The position numbers were made by a program, and so were the translations under genes. From an uncultured Planctomycetia bacterium (GTDB taxonomy: Bacteria > Omnitrophota > Gorgyraeia > 2-02-FULL-51-18), in contig CAZXLF010000002.1 in the NCBI GenBank assembly GCA_964642015.1, forward strand, positions 2,717 to 66,716: 64,000 nt of DNA. The letters run 5' to 3'. Below are positions 38,517 to 52,361 of the stretch, in pieces (position 1 is the stretch's first letter; each line of letters starts with the position of its first letter). The notes under the pieces are model-generated. The model was not told the DNA's origin and ran no database searches. It worked only from the letters and a program-made list of their open reading frames with translations.

Positions 38517-38981
38517 ATGAAAATCGTTGATTTCTTGAACGAAAAAGCGGTTACAGCGGATATTAAGGCCTCCAACAAAGAAGGAGTGATCAGAGAGTTG
38601 GTGGATCTTTTGGCGAAGGCGGAAGGTATAAAAAGCAAAGAAGATCTTGTCAAAACATTATTGAATCGCGAGGCGCTTGGCAGCACCGGAATCGGTCAAG
38701 GGGTCGGGATCCCTCATGGCAAAACCAATACGGTCAAGAAGCTTGTCGCTGCGTTCGGTATCTGCCACGAAGGTGTGAATTTTGATGCTTTAGACGGCGA
38801 ACCGGTTTATATATTTTTCTTGTTGGTCGCTCCCGAAGATTCAGCTGGACCGCATTTGAAGGCGTTGGCGCGGATATCCCGACTACTTAAAGATAAATTT
38901 TTCAGGGAATCTCTAAAATCTCTAACTGACGAAAAAGCCATTCTCAAGCTTCTCCGCGAAGAAGACGCTAAAAAGCCCTAA
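38517..38981 (+). CDS. PTS EIIA component (fructose/nitrogen-regulatory family)
   Basis: REALGSTGIGQGVGIPHG, FDALDGEPV, HLKALARISR. Confidence 0.92.
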   Translation: MKIVDFLNEKAVTADIKASNKEGVIRELVDLLAKAEGIKSKEDLVKTLLNREALGSTGIGQGVGIPHGKTNTVKKLVAAFGICHEGVNFDALDGEPVYIFFLLVAPEDSAGPHLKALARISRLLKDKFFRESLKSLTDEKAILKLLREEDAKKP

Positions 38982-39076
38982 TCCTGCTTTCAAGGGAGCG
39001 TTCAATGATTTTAAGATTAATCGCGGGGTGAGGTGTGTTTATGATTTTGAAACTCTAATAAAGGTATTAAAGATCT

Positions 39077-40330
39077 ATGGGGTTATTTAAGTGGTTATAT
39101 CCGGGCATGCGGGTGAAGCGTTGGGTGTTTTTGTGCTGCTTCGGTATTATTTTGTGTTCGATGGGTTTTGTCCTGACAGTCATGGAAGCTCAAAAGACAA
39201 GCGGAAGTTTGATAGTTCTGCTGGGTGTAGGTCTTGTCGCGATCAGCATTCGCAAGATCATTAAATCTGTGGTGACGGTACTTTTGCCTCAAAGGGAGAA
39301 CGAGCTTGTCAACATTATGTATCAGAAGAGGTATCTGGAAAGAGGGGCGAAGGTCGTCGCGATCGGAGGAGGTTCGGGGCTATCCGTACTTTTGCACGGC
39401 TTAAAACAATTCACCTCGAACATCACAGCGGTGGTCACTGTTGCTGATGATGGAGGCTCTTCCGGACGATTAAGAAGCCAATTCAATATGCCTCCTCCGG
39501 GAGATATAAGAAATTGCCTGGTTGCTTTGGCTGATGCGGAACCCATGATGAGCGACCTGTTTCAATTCCGTTTTCAGGAATCCGGCGAACTTGAAGGACA
39601 TAATTTTGGCAATCTCTTTATTTTGGCTATGCTCAAAGTCACAGGCGATTTTGAAAAGGCGATCAAAGAATCCAGTAAGATCCTTGCGATCCGCGGCCGT
39701 GTGGTGCCATCGACGCTGAAGAAAGTAACACTTTTGGCACAGCATAAGGACGGCACGCAAACCAAAGGCGAAAGCAACATTTCCAAAGTAAAGAATCCTA
39801 TCGAGCGCTTATATTTAAAACCGGAAGGATGCAGCGCGACTGAAGATGCGCTTCAAGCGATACAAAATGCTGATGCCATTGTTATTGGTCCCGGCAGTTT
39901 GTATACGAGCATCTTGCCGAATCTTTTGATCGAAGATCTTGCTGCGGCTTTGGCGCGGACCAGCGCGCCTAAAATTTATATATGCAACGTCATGACTCAG
40001 CCGCATGAAACAGATCATTTCAGTGTTTTTGATCACGTGAATACGATCATTGAACATACTCGGCCGGATATTTTGAGCCATGTGTTGGTGAACACCGGCC
40101 ATTTGCCTCAGAGTATTTTAAAAAAATATGAGGCGGAGGAAGCGTTTCCTGTTGTCGTGGATGTTCCGAAGGTGAAGAGCCTGGGCTATTCGATCATCGA
40201 AGCAAATATCGTCAACTGCGTGGACACGATCAGACATAATCCTAGAAGAGTGTCGAAAGTGATCATCGATATTATTAATTCTACAAAAAAGAAAATCACC
40301 GACGAAAAGAGAAAAAAAGAGAATCATTGA
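39077..40330 (+). CDS. yvcK: YvcK/GlmR family (CofD-like) protein with N-terminal TM segments
   Basis: VAIGGGSGL, VADDGGSSGRLR, PPGDIRN, GHNFGN, GPGSLYTS, NVMTQP.ET. Confidence 0.9.
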   Translation: MGLFKWLYPGMRVKRWVFLCCFGIILCSMGFVLTVMEAQKTSGSLIVLLGVGLVAISIRKIIKSVVTVLLPQRENELVNIMYQKRYLERGAKVVAIGGGSGLSVLLHGLKQFTSNITAVVTVADDGGSSGRLRSQFNMPPPGDIRNCLVALADAEPMMSDLFQFRFQESGELEGHNFGNLFILAMLKVTGDFEKAIKESSKILAIRGRVVPSTLKKVTLLAQHKDGTQTKGESNISKVKNPIERLYLKPEGCSATEDALQAIQNADAIVIGPGSLYTSILPNLLIEDLAAALARTSAPKIYICNVMTQPHETDHFSVFDHVNTIIEHTRPDILSHVLVNTGHLPQSILKKYEAEEAFPVVVDVPKVKSLGYSIIEANIVNCVDTIRHNPRRVSKVIIDIINSTKKKITDEKRKKENH

Positions 40331-42321
40331 TGGTAAAACCATACAAGAATCTGATCATTTGCGTGCACTCGCATCAGCCGGTAGGCAATTTCGATAATGT
40401 TTTCGAAGAAGCGTACCAAAAATCTTATAAGCCCTTTTTTGAGGCATTTGAAAGACACGCTTCCATTCCTTTGTCTTGCCATTTTTCAGGCAGTTTGATC
40501 GATTGGCTTGAGAAACATAGGCCTGAATTCATACAGCTTCTCAAGAAAATGTCCGATCGGGGGCAGATCGAATTTGTCGGCGGCGGATATTACGAGCCGA
40601 TCTATGGATTGATCCCTAAAAAAGATTTGCAGGGCCAGATCAGTATGATGTCCGAAAAGATCCGGGAGTTGTTCGGAAAAAAATTCGAAGGCGTGTGGCT
40701 GACCGAACGCGTGTGGGACCCGGATTTGGTAACGCCTCTCAAAAAAGCAGGCATTCAATTCACTATTCTTGATGATCTGCATTTTGAAAAGGCGGGGTTG
40801 GCTGCGCCGATCAAAGGATATTATCAGACCAAACAAGGTAAAGATTCTTTAGATCTTTTTGCCTCGATGAAACAATTGAGATATTTAATGCCCTTTAGGA
40901 AAGCCGAAGAAACTTTTCATTTTATTCATGCGACTGAAGCCGGACCTCAGGATGTTTTTGTTTTCGCCGATGACTGCGAAAAATTCGGCATGTGGCCAGG
41001 CACCTATGATTGGGTTTATAAAGAGGAATGGCTGGACAAATTTTTAAAACTTCTTGAAAAAGATGAAGTAGTTAAAGCGTGCTCGTTCAAGGATTGCCGC
41101 CAAAGTTTCGGTCCAAAAAGTGTTGTAAAGATCCCCCACGCGAGTTACAGCGAAATGATGGAATGGTCTGACGGAAATTTTTACAATTTTATGAAAAAAT
41201 ATCCGGAAAGCCGGTATATGCGTGATCGGATGTGGGCGGTCAGCGAAGCTGTTGGGAGCATATCTTCGAGCAACGGTTCATTTGAGAAAGCGCGTTCCGC
41301 CAAAGCGGCTCTTTACCGCGCGCAGTGCAATTGTTCTTACTGGCATGGTGTGTTTGGTGGCCTTTATCTGCATCATTTGCGGTCAGCCGTGTTCGAAAAT
41401 CTTATTCAGGCGGAACATTACCTTTGCCAGATCGATAAAAAACGCTTTAAAAAAGAGTCCGCTCTTATTTATCCTGAAAAACTTGAATCCGGTCAGCGAT
41501 GGAAGATAGCGCAGAAAGATCTTGTGAGTTTTTTTAACGGTGCATACGGCGGAGCGCTTGAGGAATTGGATACTATCCCAAAACATGTGAACTTGATGTG
41601 TAATCTTCAGCGGCGTAAAGAAAAGTATCACGAAGTGGCTATGAAAAAAAGTTCTGAAGGCACTAGCGGGTCAGAACCTCTTTCGATCCATGAATTGCTC
41701 GGAAACAAAGAGAGTGGACTTGAACAGCACCTTCATTACGATCTTTTCCGACGGCTTTCGTTCATGGATCATTTCTTTCGCGAAGCGTTGATACCGGATG
41801 AGTTCGCAAAGTCCTCTTATTCCGAAGCCGGTGATTTTATAGCAGCTTCGTATAGAGCCGCCATTCATTCCCGAAAAGGAGTCAAAGAACTGAGTTTCGA
41901 GAAAACTGGCCAAGTATTTCTGGATCGTAAAAAATATCCTGTAACTGTGAATAAAATTATTTCTCCCAAAGGATCTTCGGCGTTAAAAGCACATTATTTA
42001 ATCACTAATCGCGGCACCGCTGTGCTAAGGTGCGCATTCGGAGTGGAATTCAATTTTTCTATAGGCGACAGCCAGGCGATGAAAGGACTCGACCAGAAGG
42101 GGATCAGGGAATGGATTTTTAACGATTCGTGGCGGGACATACGGATCGAACTTCACTCTAAGGAACCCATGGATCTTATCGCGGTCCCCGTGGACACGGT
42201 GTCGGAATCTGAATCAGGTTTGGAGAAGACCTACCAAGAATTAGGTGTTTTGCTTCAAAAAAATATTGTTTTAGATCCCAAACAAACCTTAGAACAGGTT
42301 TTGGAGCTAAGCGTCGTTTGA
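40330..42321 (+). CDS. GH57 alpha-amylase/4-alpha-glucanotransferase
   Basis: HSHQPVGNF, GGGYYEPI, WLTERVW, ADDCEKFG.WP, YWHGVFGGLY. Confidence 0.9.
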   Translation: MVKPYKNLIICVHSHQPVGNFDNVFEEAYQKSYKPFFEAFERHASIPLSCHFSGSLIDWLEKHRPEFIQLLKKMSDRGQIEFVGGGYYEPIYGLIPKKDLQGQISMMSEKIRELFGKKFEGVWLTERVWDPDLVTPLKKAGIQFTILDDLHFEKAGLAAPIKGYYQTKQGKDSLDLFASMKQLRYLMPFRKAEETFHFIHATEAGPQDVFVFADDCEKFGMWPGTYDWVYKEEWLDKFLKLLEKDEVVKACSFKDCRQSFGPKSVVKIPHASYSEMMEWSDGNFYNFMKKYPESRYMRDRMWAVSEAVGSISSSNGSFEKARSAKAALYRAQCNCSYWHGVFGGLYLHHLRSAVFENLIQAEHYLCQIDKKRFKKESALIYPEKLESGQRWKIAQKDLVSFFNGAYGGALEELDTIPKHVNLMCNLQRRKEKYHEVAMKKSSEGTSGSEPLSIHELLGNKESGLEQHLHYDLFRRLSFMDHFFREALIPDEFAKSSYSEAGDFIAASYRAAIHSRKGVKELSFEKTGQVFLDRKKYPVTVNKIISPKGSSALKAHYLITNRGTAVLRCAFGVEFNFSIGDSQAMKGLDQKGIREWIFNDSWRDIRIELHSKEPMDLIAVPVDTVSESESGLEKTYQELGVLLQKNIVLDPKQTLEQVLELSVV

Positions 42322-42620
42322 TGTTTATCAAAAAAAAAATTAAAATAAGCAGTACCCAAGGCTTGCACGCCAGGCCTGCATCCATATTTGTGCGTATTGC
42401 AAATAAATTCGAATCGGATATTGTGGTAAAAAAAGGTTCTGAAAGTGTCAACGGAAAATCGATCATGGGACTTTTAGTGTTGGCCGCCAATCAGGGCAGC
42501 ACGATCGAGATCGAGATCAGCGGGCCCGATGCCCAGCAGGCCATGGATGAGCTTGAATATTTTTTGTTGCATGACCCGGAAAACGATGGCAAAGAATTGG
42601 ATAGTGGACAGAAAGATTAA
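42321..42620 (+). CDS. ptsH: Phosphocarrier protein HPr
   Basis: GLHARPA (His15) and NGKSIMG (Ser46) motifs. Confidence 0.95.
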   Translation: MFIKKKIKISSTQGLHARPASIFVRIANKFESDIVVKKGSESVNGKSIMGLLVLAANQGSTIEIEISGPDAQQAMDELEYFLLHDPENDGKELDSGQKD

Positions 42621-42623
42621 ACA

Positions 42624-44375
42624 ATGAAAACGATCAAAGGTATCGCCGCATCACCAGGAGTTGCGATCGGCAAGGCTTTCTTGCTGGACAGCGAAGACAT
42701 GGTGATCTCCAAAAAGATCATCAAGGAGTCTATGATCCCCAGGGAGATCGCGCGTTTTGAAGAAGCGCTCACTAAAACCCGGGCGGAAATCTTGGGCATC
42801 CGAGACAAAATTTCTCAGGAAATAGGTCAGGAACACGGCAATATTTTTAACGCCCATCTTTTGGTCATCGAGGACCGCGCGCTTATAGAAGAAGTAATCG
42901 GCCGGATCAAGAAGGAAAAGGTCACCAGTGATTACGTGTTTTCCCAAGTCCTTAAGAAATATATTCAGTCTTTCCTGAACATCGATGATGAGTATATCCG
43001 TGAACGTGTCAGCGATATCAATGACGTCGGCCGCCGAATCATCAGACATCTGGTCGGGGGGCAAAGAGCTTCGTTGAGTGATTTGAAGGAAAAGGTGATC
43101 GTGATCGCGTATGATCTTTCTCCGAGCGATACAGCAGTGATGCACCGCCGGAACGTGATCGGCTTTGCGACGGATATCGGCGGACGCACTTCTCATACCG
43201 CTATCATGGCCAAATCCCTTGAGATACCGGCGGTCGTCGGTATTGAATTTGCCACAAGACAAATCAAAAGCGGCGACATGCTGATCGTGGACGGCAGTCA
43301 GGGAGTCGTGATCATCAACCCGACCGCAAGCGAGCTTCAGAAATACAAACAGGAGCTGATCCGCTATCAGGAGTTCGGTAAGGGACTCAAAAAATTAAAA
43401 GATTTGCCATGCATAACTTCGGATGGCAGACGCATCGAATTATCAGCCAACATTGAAATGCCTGAAGAAACAATCTCCGTGCTTTCGCACGGCGCCGACG
43501 GCATCGGACTTTACCGTACCGAATTCTTGTACATGAACCGCACGGATCTGCCTTCCGAAGACGAGCAGTATCATGCGTACCGGAAAGTCGTGAAAGAAAT
43601 GGCTCCAAAGCCGGTCATCATCAGAACGTTCGATCTCGGGGGAGACAAGTTTTTATCCCATCTTGAGATGCCTCGGGAAATGAACCCTTTCTTGGGATGG
43701 CGTGCGATCCGTTTTTGTTTAGCGCGGCCTGAAATCTTTAAAGTACAGCTCAGAGCGATCCTCCGCGCCAGCGCGCACGGAAAGCTTCGCATGATGTATC
43801 CGATGATCTCAGGGCTTGGGGAATTAAAAGAGGCCAACAAAGTTTTAGAAGAAGTTAAGGTAGAACTTCGCTCTAAAAAGGTCAATTTTGACGAAAATAT
43901 CGAAGTCGGCGCTATGATCGAGATCCCATCCGCGGCGATCGCATGCGATATCCTGGCGCCGGAGGTGAATTTTTTTAGTATCGGCACCAATGATTTGATC
44001 CAATATGCCTTGGCCGTTGACAGGATCAACGAAAAGATAGCGTATCTTTATGAACCTGCTCACCCGGCTGTTTTACGGCTTATCAAGAACATCATCGATA
44101 CGGGCCATTCGAAGCATATTTGGATCGGCATGTGCGGCGAGATGGCGGGCGATCCTGTTTTGACCCCTATCTTGATAGGTCTTGGTATCGATGAGATATC
44201 GACCTCTCCTTTAATGCTTCCTGAGGTCAAGAAGATCATCCGTTCGATGAATTTTGAGGAGTCCAAAAAGATCGCTCAGCATGCTTTGGATCTGCCCACC
44301 GGCCAGGAAGTCGTCAGATATTTAAAGATAAAGAACGAAGAGATCGCTAAAAGGTCACAAACAAAAACCAGATAG
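42624..44375 (+). CDS. ptsI: PEP-protein phosphotransferase (PTS enzyme I)
   Basis: GGRTSHTAIMA, GIGLYRTEF, NPFLGWRAIR, SIGTNDL, MCGEMAGD. Confidence 0.95.
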   Translation: MKTIKGIAASPGVAIGKAFLLDSEDMVISKKIIKESMIPREIARFEEALTKTRAEILGIRDKISQEIGQEHGNIFNAHLLVIEDRALIEEVIGRIKKEKVTSDYVFSQVLKKYIQSFLNIDDEYIRERVSDINDVGRRIIRHLVGGQRASLSDLKEKVIVIAYDLSPSDTAVMHRRNVIGFATDIGGRTSHTAIMAKSLEIPAVVGIEFATRQIKSGDMLIVDGSQGVVIINPTASELQKYKQELIRYQEFGKGLKKLKDLPCITSDGRRIELSANIEMPEETISVLSHGADGIGLYRTEFLYMNRTDLPSEDEQYHAYRKVVKEMAPKPVIIRTFDLGGDKFLSHLEMPREMNPFLGWRAIRFCLARPEIFKVQLRAILRASAHGKLRMMYPMISGLGELKEANKVLEEVKVELRSKKVNFDENIEVGAMIEIPSAAIACDILAPEVNFFSIGTNDLIQYALAVDRINEKIAYLYEPAHPAVLRLIKNIIDTGHSKHIWIGMCGEMAGDPVLTPILIGLGIDEISTSPLMLPEVKKIIRSMNFEESKKIAQHALDLPTGQEVVRYLKIKNEEIAKRSQTKTR

Positions 44376-44389
44376 ATCAAGGAAAAAAG

Positions 44390-45136
44390 ATGAAAGCAGT
44401 CATACTTGCGGCAGGCTATGCGACACGTTTATACCCTTTGACACTTAATAAGCCCAAATGCCTTTTAACCGTTGGCTATCAGACGATCCTTGATTCTCTT
44501 TGCGACAAACTCAATGAATTAAAATCATTGGATGAATTGATCATCGTGACGAACGCGAAATTTTACGATCAGCTGTCTGATTGGAAGAAAAACGCCAAAT
44601 CGCGTTTGCCGATCCGCATCGTGAACGACGGTACAACGTCCAACGATAATCGTCTCGGCGCGATCGGCGATCTTCGGTTCACGATCCAGCAATGCCATAT
44701 CCAGTCGGACATTTTGATGTTGGCGAGCGATAACCTCTTTGATGCCGGCCTATCCGCTTTTGAGAGCTTCGCTGGTTTGAAGGGAGGGGCGGTAAGCGTG
44801 GGATTGTACGATATTAAAGATTCAAGCCTGGCATCCAAAAAATTCGGAGTACTGGAAGTGAATAGTTCATCAGAAGTGATCGGGATAGAAGAGAAACCTG
44901 AATTTCCGAAATCCAGCCTGATCGGGATGGGGATTTACTATTTCCCAAAAGATTCCCTTAAATTGATCGACGAGTATTTGAGCGACCAGGCTGCTAACGA
45001 CGCCCCCGGACATTATATACGGTGGCTTGTGGGAAGGATCAAAATTTTTGGCTTTCTGTTTTCAGGGATGTGGTATGATATCGGGAATTTAAAAGCGCTT
45101 GAAGATGCTAACCAGGCGTATCAGCATAAAAAGTAA
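44390..45136 (+). CDS. Sugar-phosphate nucleotidyltransferase family protein
   Basis: ILAAGYATRLYPLT...PK.LL, SDNLF, EEKP, WYDIG. Confidence 0.9.
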   Translation: MKAVILAAGYATRLYPLTLNKPKCLLTVGYQTILDSLCDKLNELKSLDELIIVTNAKFYDQLSDWKKNAKSRLPIRIVNDGTTSNDNRLGAIGDLRFTIQQCHIQSDILMLASDNLFDAGLSAFESFAGLKGGAVSVGLYDIKDSSLASKKFGVLEVNSSSEVIGIEEKPEFPKSSLIGMGIYYFPKDSLKLIDEYLSDQAANDAPGHYIRWLVGRIKIFGFLFSGMWYDIGNLKALEDANQAYQHKK

Positions 45137-45154
45137 TCAGTAAAAGGAAAGATC

Positions 45155-46300
45155 ATGAGACCGCAAAATTATTTATTCACATCAGAGAGTGTCACAGAAG
45201 GCCATCCGGATAAAGTGGCGGACCAGATCTCGGACGCGGTATTGGACGCGATCTTGGACAAAGATCCCAATGGCCGCGTAGCTTGCGAAACGCTTGTTAC
45301 GACCGGCCTTGTTTTTGTGGCAGGTGAGATCACGACATCTTGTTATGCGGATATCCCGAAGATCGCGCGAAGCACGGTAAAACGGATCGGATATGATGAC
45401 CCTATTTATGGATTTGACTCTGATTCCTGCTCGGTGGTCACCTCTATTCAAGGACAGTCACCGGACATTGCGATGGGTGTGAATGTGGGGGGCGCTGGAG
45501 ATCAAGGGATGATGTTTGGTTATGCGACCAATGAGACGCCGGAGTATATGCCTTTGGCAATTTCATTAGCGCATAAGCTGACCCGTCGCGTTTCAGAGCT
45601 CCGCAAAAGTAAAACACTGCCTTACCTAAGGCCCGACGGAAAATCTCAGGTGACTATTGAGTATAAGAATGAAAGGCCTGCTCGTGTAGATACGGTAGTG
45701 ATCAGTGTCCACCACAGCCCGAAGGCAAAGCTCAAAGAGATCGCATCTGATATGAAGAAACTCGTGATCGAAAAAGTGATCCCTTCCGGTTATCTTGATA
45801 AAAAGACCAAATTTTATATCAATCCTACCGGCCGTTTTGAAGTAGGCGGACCTCAGGCCGATACGGGGCTTACCGGCCGTAAAATTATCGCTGATACTTA
45901 TGGTGGATATGGCGCGCACGGCGGAGGCGCTTTCTCCGGTAAGGATCCCACAAAAGTGGATAGATCTGCGTCTTACATGGCTCGATATATTGCTAAAAAC
46001 ATCGTTGCAGCGAAGCTCGCCGACAAATGCGAGATCCAGATCGCTTATGCGATCGGCATTGCCGAACCTGTTTCGGTAATGGTGAATACCTATAATACAG
46101 GAAAGATCCCTAACGAGGAGATCAGTAAATTGATCTCAAAGCATTTTGACCTCACCCCCGCAGGGATCATCCGTGATCTGAAATTGCGCAGGCCTATTTA
46201 CAGCGCGACCGCTGCCTATGGCCATTTCGGACGCAACGATGAAGGTTTTTCCTGGGAAGAATTGGATAAGGTTTCCGCGCTTCGAAAAGGCATTGCGTAG
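45155..46300 (+). CDS. metK: S-adenosylmethionine synthetase
   Basis: [41 protein letters not shown]. Confidence 0.98.
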   Translation: MRPQNYLFTSESVTEGHPDKVADQISDAVLDAILDKDPNGRVACETLVTTGLVFVAGEITTSCYADIPKIARSTVKRIGYDDPIYGFDSDSCSVVTSIQGQSPDIAMGVNVGGAGDQGMMFGYATNETPEYMPLAISLAHKLTRRVSELRKSKTLPYLRPDGKSQVTIEYKNERPARVDTVVISVHHSPKAKLKEIASDMKKLVIEKVIPSGYLDKKTKFYINPTGRFEVGGPQADTGLTGRKIIADTYGGYGAHGGGAFSGKDPTKVDRSASYMARYIAKNIVAAKLADKCEIQIAYAIGIAEPVSVMVNTYNTGKIPNEEISKLISKHFDLTPAGIIRDLKLRRPIYSATAAYGHFGRNDEGFSWEELDKVSALRKGIA

Positions 46301-46340
46301 AATTTTTCAAAGATCAATCGCTTCTGGCAAGCTTAAATAA

Positions 46341-48696
<2,356 letters not shown>

Positions 48697-48697
<1 letters not shown>

Positions 48698-49797
48698 CAG
48701 TGTTTAGCCAATCTGTAAAATAGAAGCACACCCAGTCCTCCGACCAAGAAATTCGAGAATTGGAGCGCCAAAAATGGCGGTGCCATGCCTTTTTGGGCCA
48801 ATGTTTTTCCGCCAATAAGCAGAAGCCAATAAAGCGTCATTAAGCCGAGACTGATGCCGAAGCTGATGGATTTTTCGCTCCGGCGTGTCGTGATGCCCAA
48901 AGGGATACCTATTAATAGGAAGGCGAGGCTTGAAAATGCAATGGCGATCTTGTTATGTATCTCGGCAGAAAGCGGGTAAGTCGCTTTGATCCCTTCTTTT
49001 CCGAGTCGATCGATCTCGTCCCTGAGTTCCCGGATCATCATGTCCTTGGGTTTCTTCGATATTTCCTGCGGTTGTTTAATGTTGGAAATGTTCAATGGAA
49101 GGTCGTAGGTCTTAAAGTTCAACTTAAAAAGTTTCGCGGGATCTTTCGGATCCGGCTCATCGCTGACGCCGTGGATCAATTTTAGTTTGATCATGTTCAT
49201 TTCAGGGACCGATATCAGCTCGCCTTTTTGCGCGATGATCGTCCGGGTAGGCTTTCCTTCCTGCGGCTGATAGATGCGGATGCCTTTGAGTTTATTTTTA
49301 TCAATCTCGTAAATGAATATGACGAAATTCTTGAATTTTTTTATGAATACTCCTTCTTCCAGTGCGGCCTGCGGGCTTTCGATACCTATCTGAGTTAGCA
49401 ATTGCCGGTACGCGTGGAGACTGGCCGAGGCGATCTGATCCGACAAGAGAAAAGAGGATAAACACAGGATCAATACCGAAACGATAAGAGGCGAGACTAA
49501 TCTGACGATACTGATACCGCTTGCGCGTATAGCCATGATCTCATTATCCAAAGAAAGTTTTCCAAAAGAAAGCAGCGTAGCCACGAGTACTGAAATAGGG
49601 ATGATGAACGTTAAAAGATAAGGAAACGAATAAAATAAAAGTTTCAGGATCAGAATGATGTCGACGTCTTTATTGAAGATAAGATCGGCCATTTGGACCA
49701 GACCGCGCCCGAGTAGCATCACAAAAATAAGTGATACAAGGCAGGAAAAGAACGGCGTAAAAAATTCGGCCAAAATATAGTTTCTTAATAGCTTCAA
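48697..49797 (-). CDS. lptF: LptF/LptG family LPS export permease (LptF-like)
   Basis: LLRNYIL.EF..PF, FGKLS.DNEIMAIRASGIS, IGIPLG. Confidence 0.85.
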
Positions 49798-49801
49798 AAT
49801 T

Positions 49802-50545
49802 TTACTCCCCCCGAGCTAGTGTCAGAACGGTCACTGAGGCGGCGCCCGATCTTTTTAAGGTTTTAGCGCATTCGGAAGCGGTATAACCGGTTGTCAATAT
49901 ATCATCGATCAATAAAAGGCGTTTAGAATGGAACTCGTCACTGTTCCTGACCAAAAAAGCGCCTTTGACATTCATTTTACGCTGATTCTTGGCTAAAAGT
50001 GATTGAGGAGCACCCGGATGAATGTGGATCAAATTGCCGGATGAATGGGATATTCCGCAATGCTTGGCTATTTCCGAAGAGATCAGCTCTGATTGATCAA
50101 ATCCTCTTTCCAGCCATCGTTCTTTAGATATGGGAACGGCTAGTGTTATATCGTAATCCGTTTTGATCAGATATTTCTCGATAAATTCGCGCATTAATTT
50201 TATGAAGTAATATTTTAAATATTTTCTATTCTCGAATTTATACAAATGTATCAATTGACGCATTGGCCCCTCATAAACTGCGCAAGCGTATGCGCGATCA
50301 AAAGCGAAGGATTCATCCTGACATTCAGTACATCGGACAGCTGGTTGCGCCAAAGTCCGACCGCAGCTTATGCAATGAGGTGCATTGATAAGCTTTGCTT
50401 TGGCCTGGCAAGTTCCACAGACCCCTAAAGGAGGATTTGGAGCCATAGAAATGCTGCAAATCGCGCATTCAACAGGGTAAACAAGAGCGGATAGAGATTC
50501 CAGTAAGTTATTCATCATAAACAAGTTAACTATAGCACCGGCCAA
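49802..50545 (-). CDS. comF: ComF family amidophosphoribosyltransferase-like protein
   Basis: N-terminal CxxC zinc ribbons, ERGFDQ, LLIDDILTTG PRT motif. Confidence 0.9.
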   Translation of the reverse strand: MAGAIVNLFMMNNLLESLSALVYPVECAICSISMAPNPPLGVCGTCQAKAKLINAPHCISCGRTLAQPAVRCTECQDESFAFDRAYACAVYEGPMRQLIHLYKFENRKYLKYYFIKLMREFIEKYLIKTDYDITLAVPISKERWLERGFDQSELISSEIAKHCGISHSSGNLIHIHPGAPQSLLAKNQRKMNVKGAFLVRNSDEFHSKRLLLIDDILTTGYTASECAKTLKRSGAASVTVLTLARGE

Positions 50546-50607
50546 ACGGATAGGTCAAGCAGCTGGAATTCATGGAAAAAGCATAATTTTCCGATATAAT
50601 CTTTCCC

Positions 50608-51273
50608 ATGAAGAATCAGATCATGAGAGACCTGCCCGAAATACTAAAGATTCTCAAGAAAGAAGTCGTCCAATGGAAGGCGCCTATCGTCGGCACTTTT
50701 GTTACTGCCAAAAACGCGCCTTTTAAGATCCTTATTTCGACGGTTTTAAGTTTGCGCACTAAAGATAAGACAACTGAAGAAGCCAGCCATCGCTTGTTCG
50801 CTTTGGCGGACACGCCTGAAAAAATGGTGAATTTAAGCATTTCGCAAATTGAAAAAGCAATTTATCCAGTGGGTTTTTATCACACGAAAGCCAAAAATAT
50901 TCTGGATATTTGCAAGACCTTGATAGAAAAGTTTGATAGTCGCGTGCCGGACGATCTTGATACGCTTTTAACGCTGAAAGGCGTCGGCCGTAAAACAGCG
51001 AATCTTGTCGTGACGGTCGGCTATAATAAATTGGGCATTTGTGTTGACACGCATGTCCATCGCATTTCTAATCGGTGGGGTTTGGTCAAAACAAAAACCC
51101 CGGAAGAAACAGAGATGGCTTTAAGAAAAATCCTGCCGAAACGCTATTGGATCATTTTCAATGACATTCTCGTGGCGTATGGACAGAATTTATGTGTTCC
51201 GGTCTCGCCGTTTTGTAGCCGTTGCAAGATCAGCCAATTTTGTCCCAAAAAGAGTGTTACGACGAGGCGTTAA
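50608..51273 (+). CDS. nth: Endonuclease III
   Basis: L.GVGRKTAN HhH motif, VDTHVHRI, C......C..C.....C Fe-S cluster motif. Confidence 0.93.
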   Translation: MKNQIMRDLPEILKILKKEVVQWKAPIVGTFVTAKNAPFKILISTVLSLRTKDKTTEEASHRLFALADTPEKMVNLSISQIEKAIYPVGFYHTKAKNILDICKTLIEKFDSRVPDDLDTLLTLKGVGRKTANLVVTVGYNKLGICVDTHVHRISNRWGLVKTKTPEETEMALRKILPKRYWIIFNDILVAYGQNLCVPVSPFCSRCKISQFCPKKSVTTRR

Positions 51274-51288
51274 TCTGTCTAAAGAGGA

Positions 51289-52308
51289 ATGATTGCAGGC
51301 TATCAAAAAACCGTGAATAAAAAAATCAACTCATTAAATATTTCTATTTTTTTTGGGATCTTTTTTTTATGCGCTACAGTTAGCTACAGCATTGTTTATT
51401 CAAATATTCAGAATTTTTCTTTGTCTCCGGCAATGGGAAATCTGGACACGCAAATTTACCTATCAATGTACAAAGGAGAACCCGTCCAGCGCTATGAAGG
51501 ACGCCGCGTCTTAGTCCCTTTTTTGGCACGGTCCTTGCCTGATTTTCCGCCGTCTTTTTTTGCTAAAGACCACGAATTATCCGGATCATGGACGGCAATA
51601 GTAAAATTCGGAGTCGTTAATTATTTTTTTCTCACAGCCGCGGGAATAGTATTTTTTTACTACTTAAAACAGGCTAAGTTCTCAAATTGGGAATCTGTCG
51701 CCGGATGCCTTTTATTTTATTCGGCAAGGCCTGTGGTCCAGAATGCGGGCCTACCTTTGCCCGATGCGGCTTCGTATTTTTTCTTGGCGATCTGTTTTTA
51801 TTCTATTCAAGTCGAAAATAGATGGCTGCTTTTTGTTGGTTTTTTATTGGGCATTTTTGCGAAAGAATCTGTTTTTTTGGTGATCCCAGCGCTTCTTTTT
51901 TCAGAACATAAGCTTAGATCGAAAATGCTATATGTGCTTATCCCCGGGATTGTAACTTATTCGATTTGTCATTGCGCCATTGTCTTACCCAGACCCAATC
52001 TAACGAATATGCTTTTAGTTTCAGCGCGCTATTTTATTGATACTTTTACTCACGTGAATAGGCTGATAGATCTTTTTTCGTCATTCGGGTTGCTTTGGTT
52101 GCCGGCGTTTTTTTCATTAACATTTCCTGAATTGCCGATAGAGCACCGTCGATGGAAGTGGTTAATTCCATTTATGCTTGCTGTCATTTTTATTTTCAGC
52201 ATGAATCTTGGGCGGATATTATTTGTCGTATTTCCTGTCGTGATCCCGCTGTCATTATTTGGACTGCGCAGGTTTTTGGCAGAAAAAAGTCATGGCTCAA
52301 CGTCATAA
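51289..52308 (+). CDS. Polytopic membrane protein (possibly GT-C-like)
   Basis: About 9 TM segments, D..IY, R.LVP.LA, PDA, AKES motifs. Confidence 0.6.
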   Translation: MIAGYQKTVNKKINSLNISIFFGIFFLCATVSYSIVYSNIQNFSLSPAMGNLDTQIYLSMYKGEPVQRYEGRRVLVPFLARSLPDFPPSFFAKDHELSGSWTAIVKFGVVNYFFLTAAGIVFFYYLKQAKFSNWESVAGCLLFYSARPVVQNAGLPLPDAASYFFLAICFYSIQVENRWLLFVGFLLGIFAKESVFLVIPALLFSEHKLRSKMLYVLIPGIVTYSICHCAIVLPRPNLTNMLLVSARYFIDTFTHVNRLIDLFSSFGLLWLPAFFSLTFPELPIEHRRWKWLIPFMLAVIFIFSMNLGRILFVVFPVVIPLSLFGLRRFLAEKSHGSTS

Positions 52309-52361
52309 TTATGTAGATGAAATGAGACGCATTATGTACAATAATCTTTACAGGGGGTCTC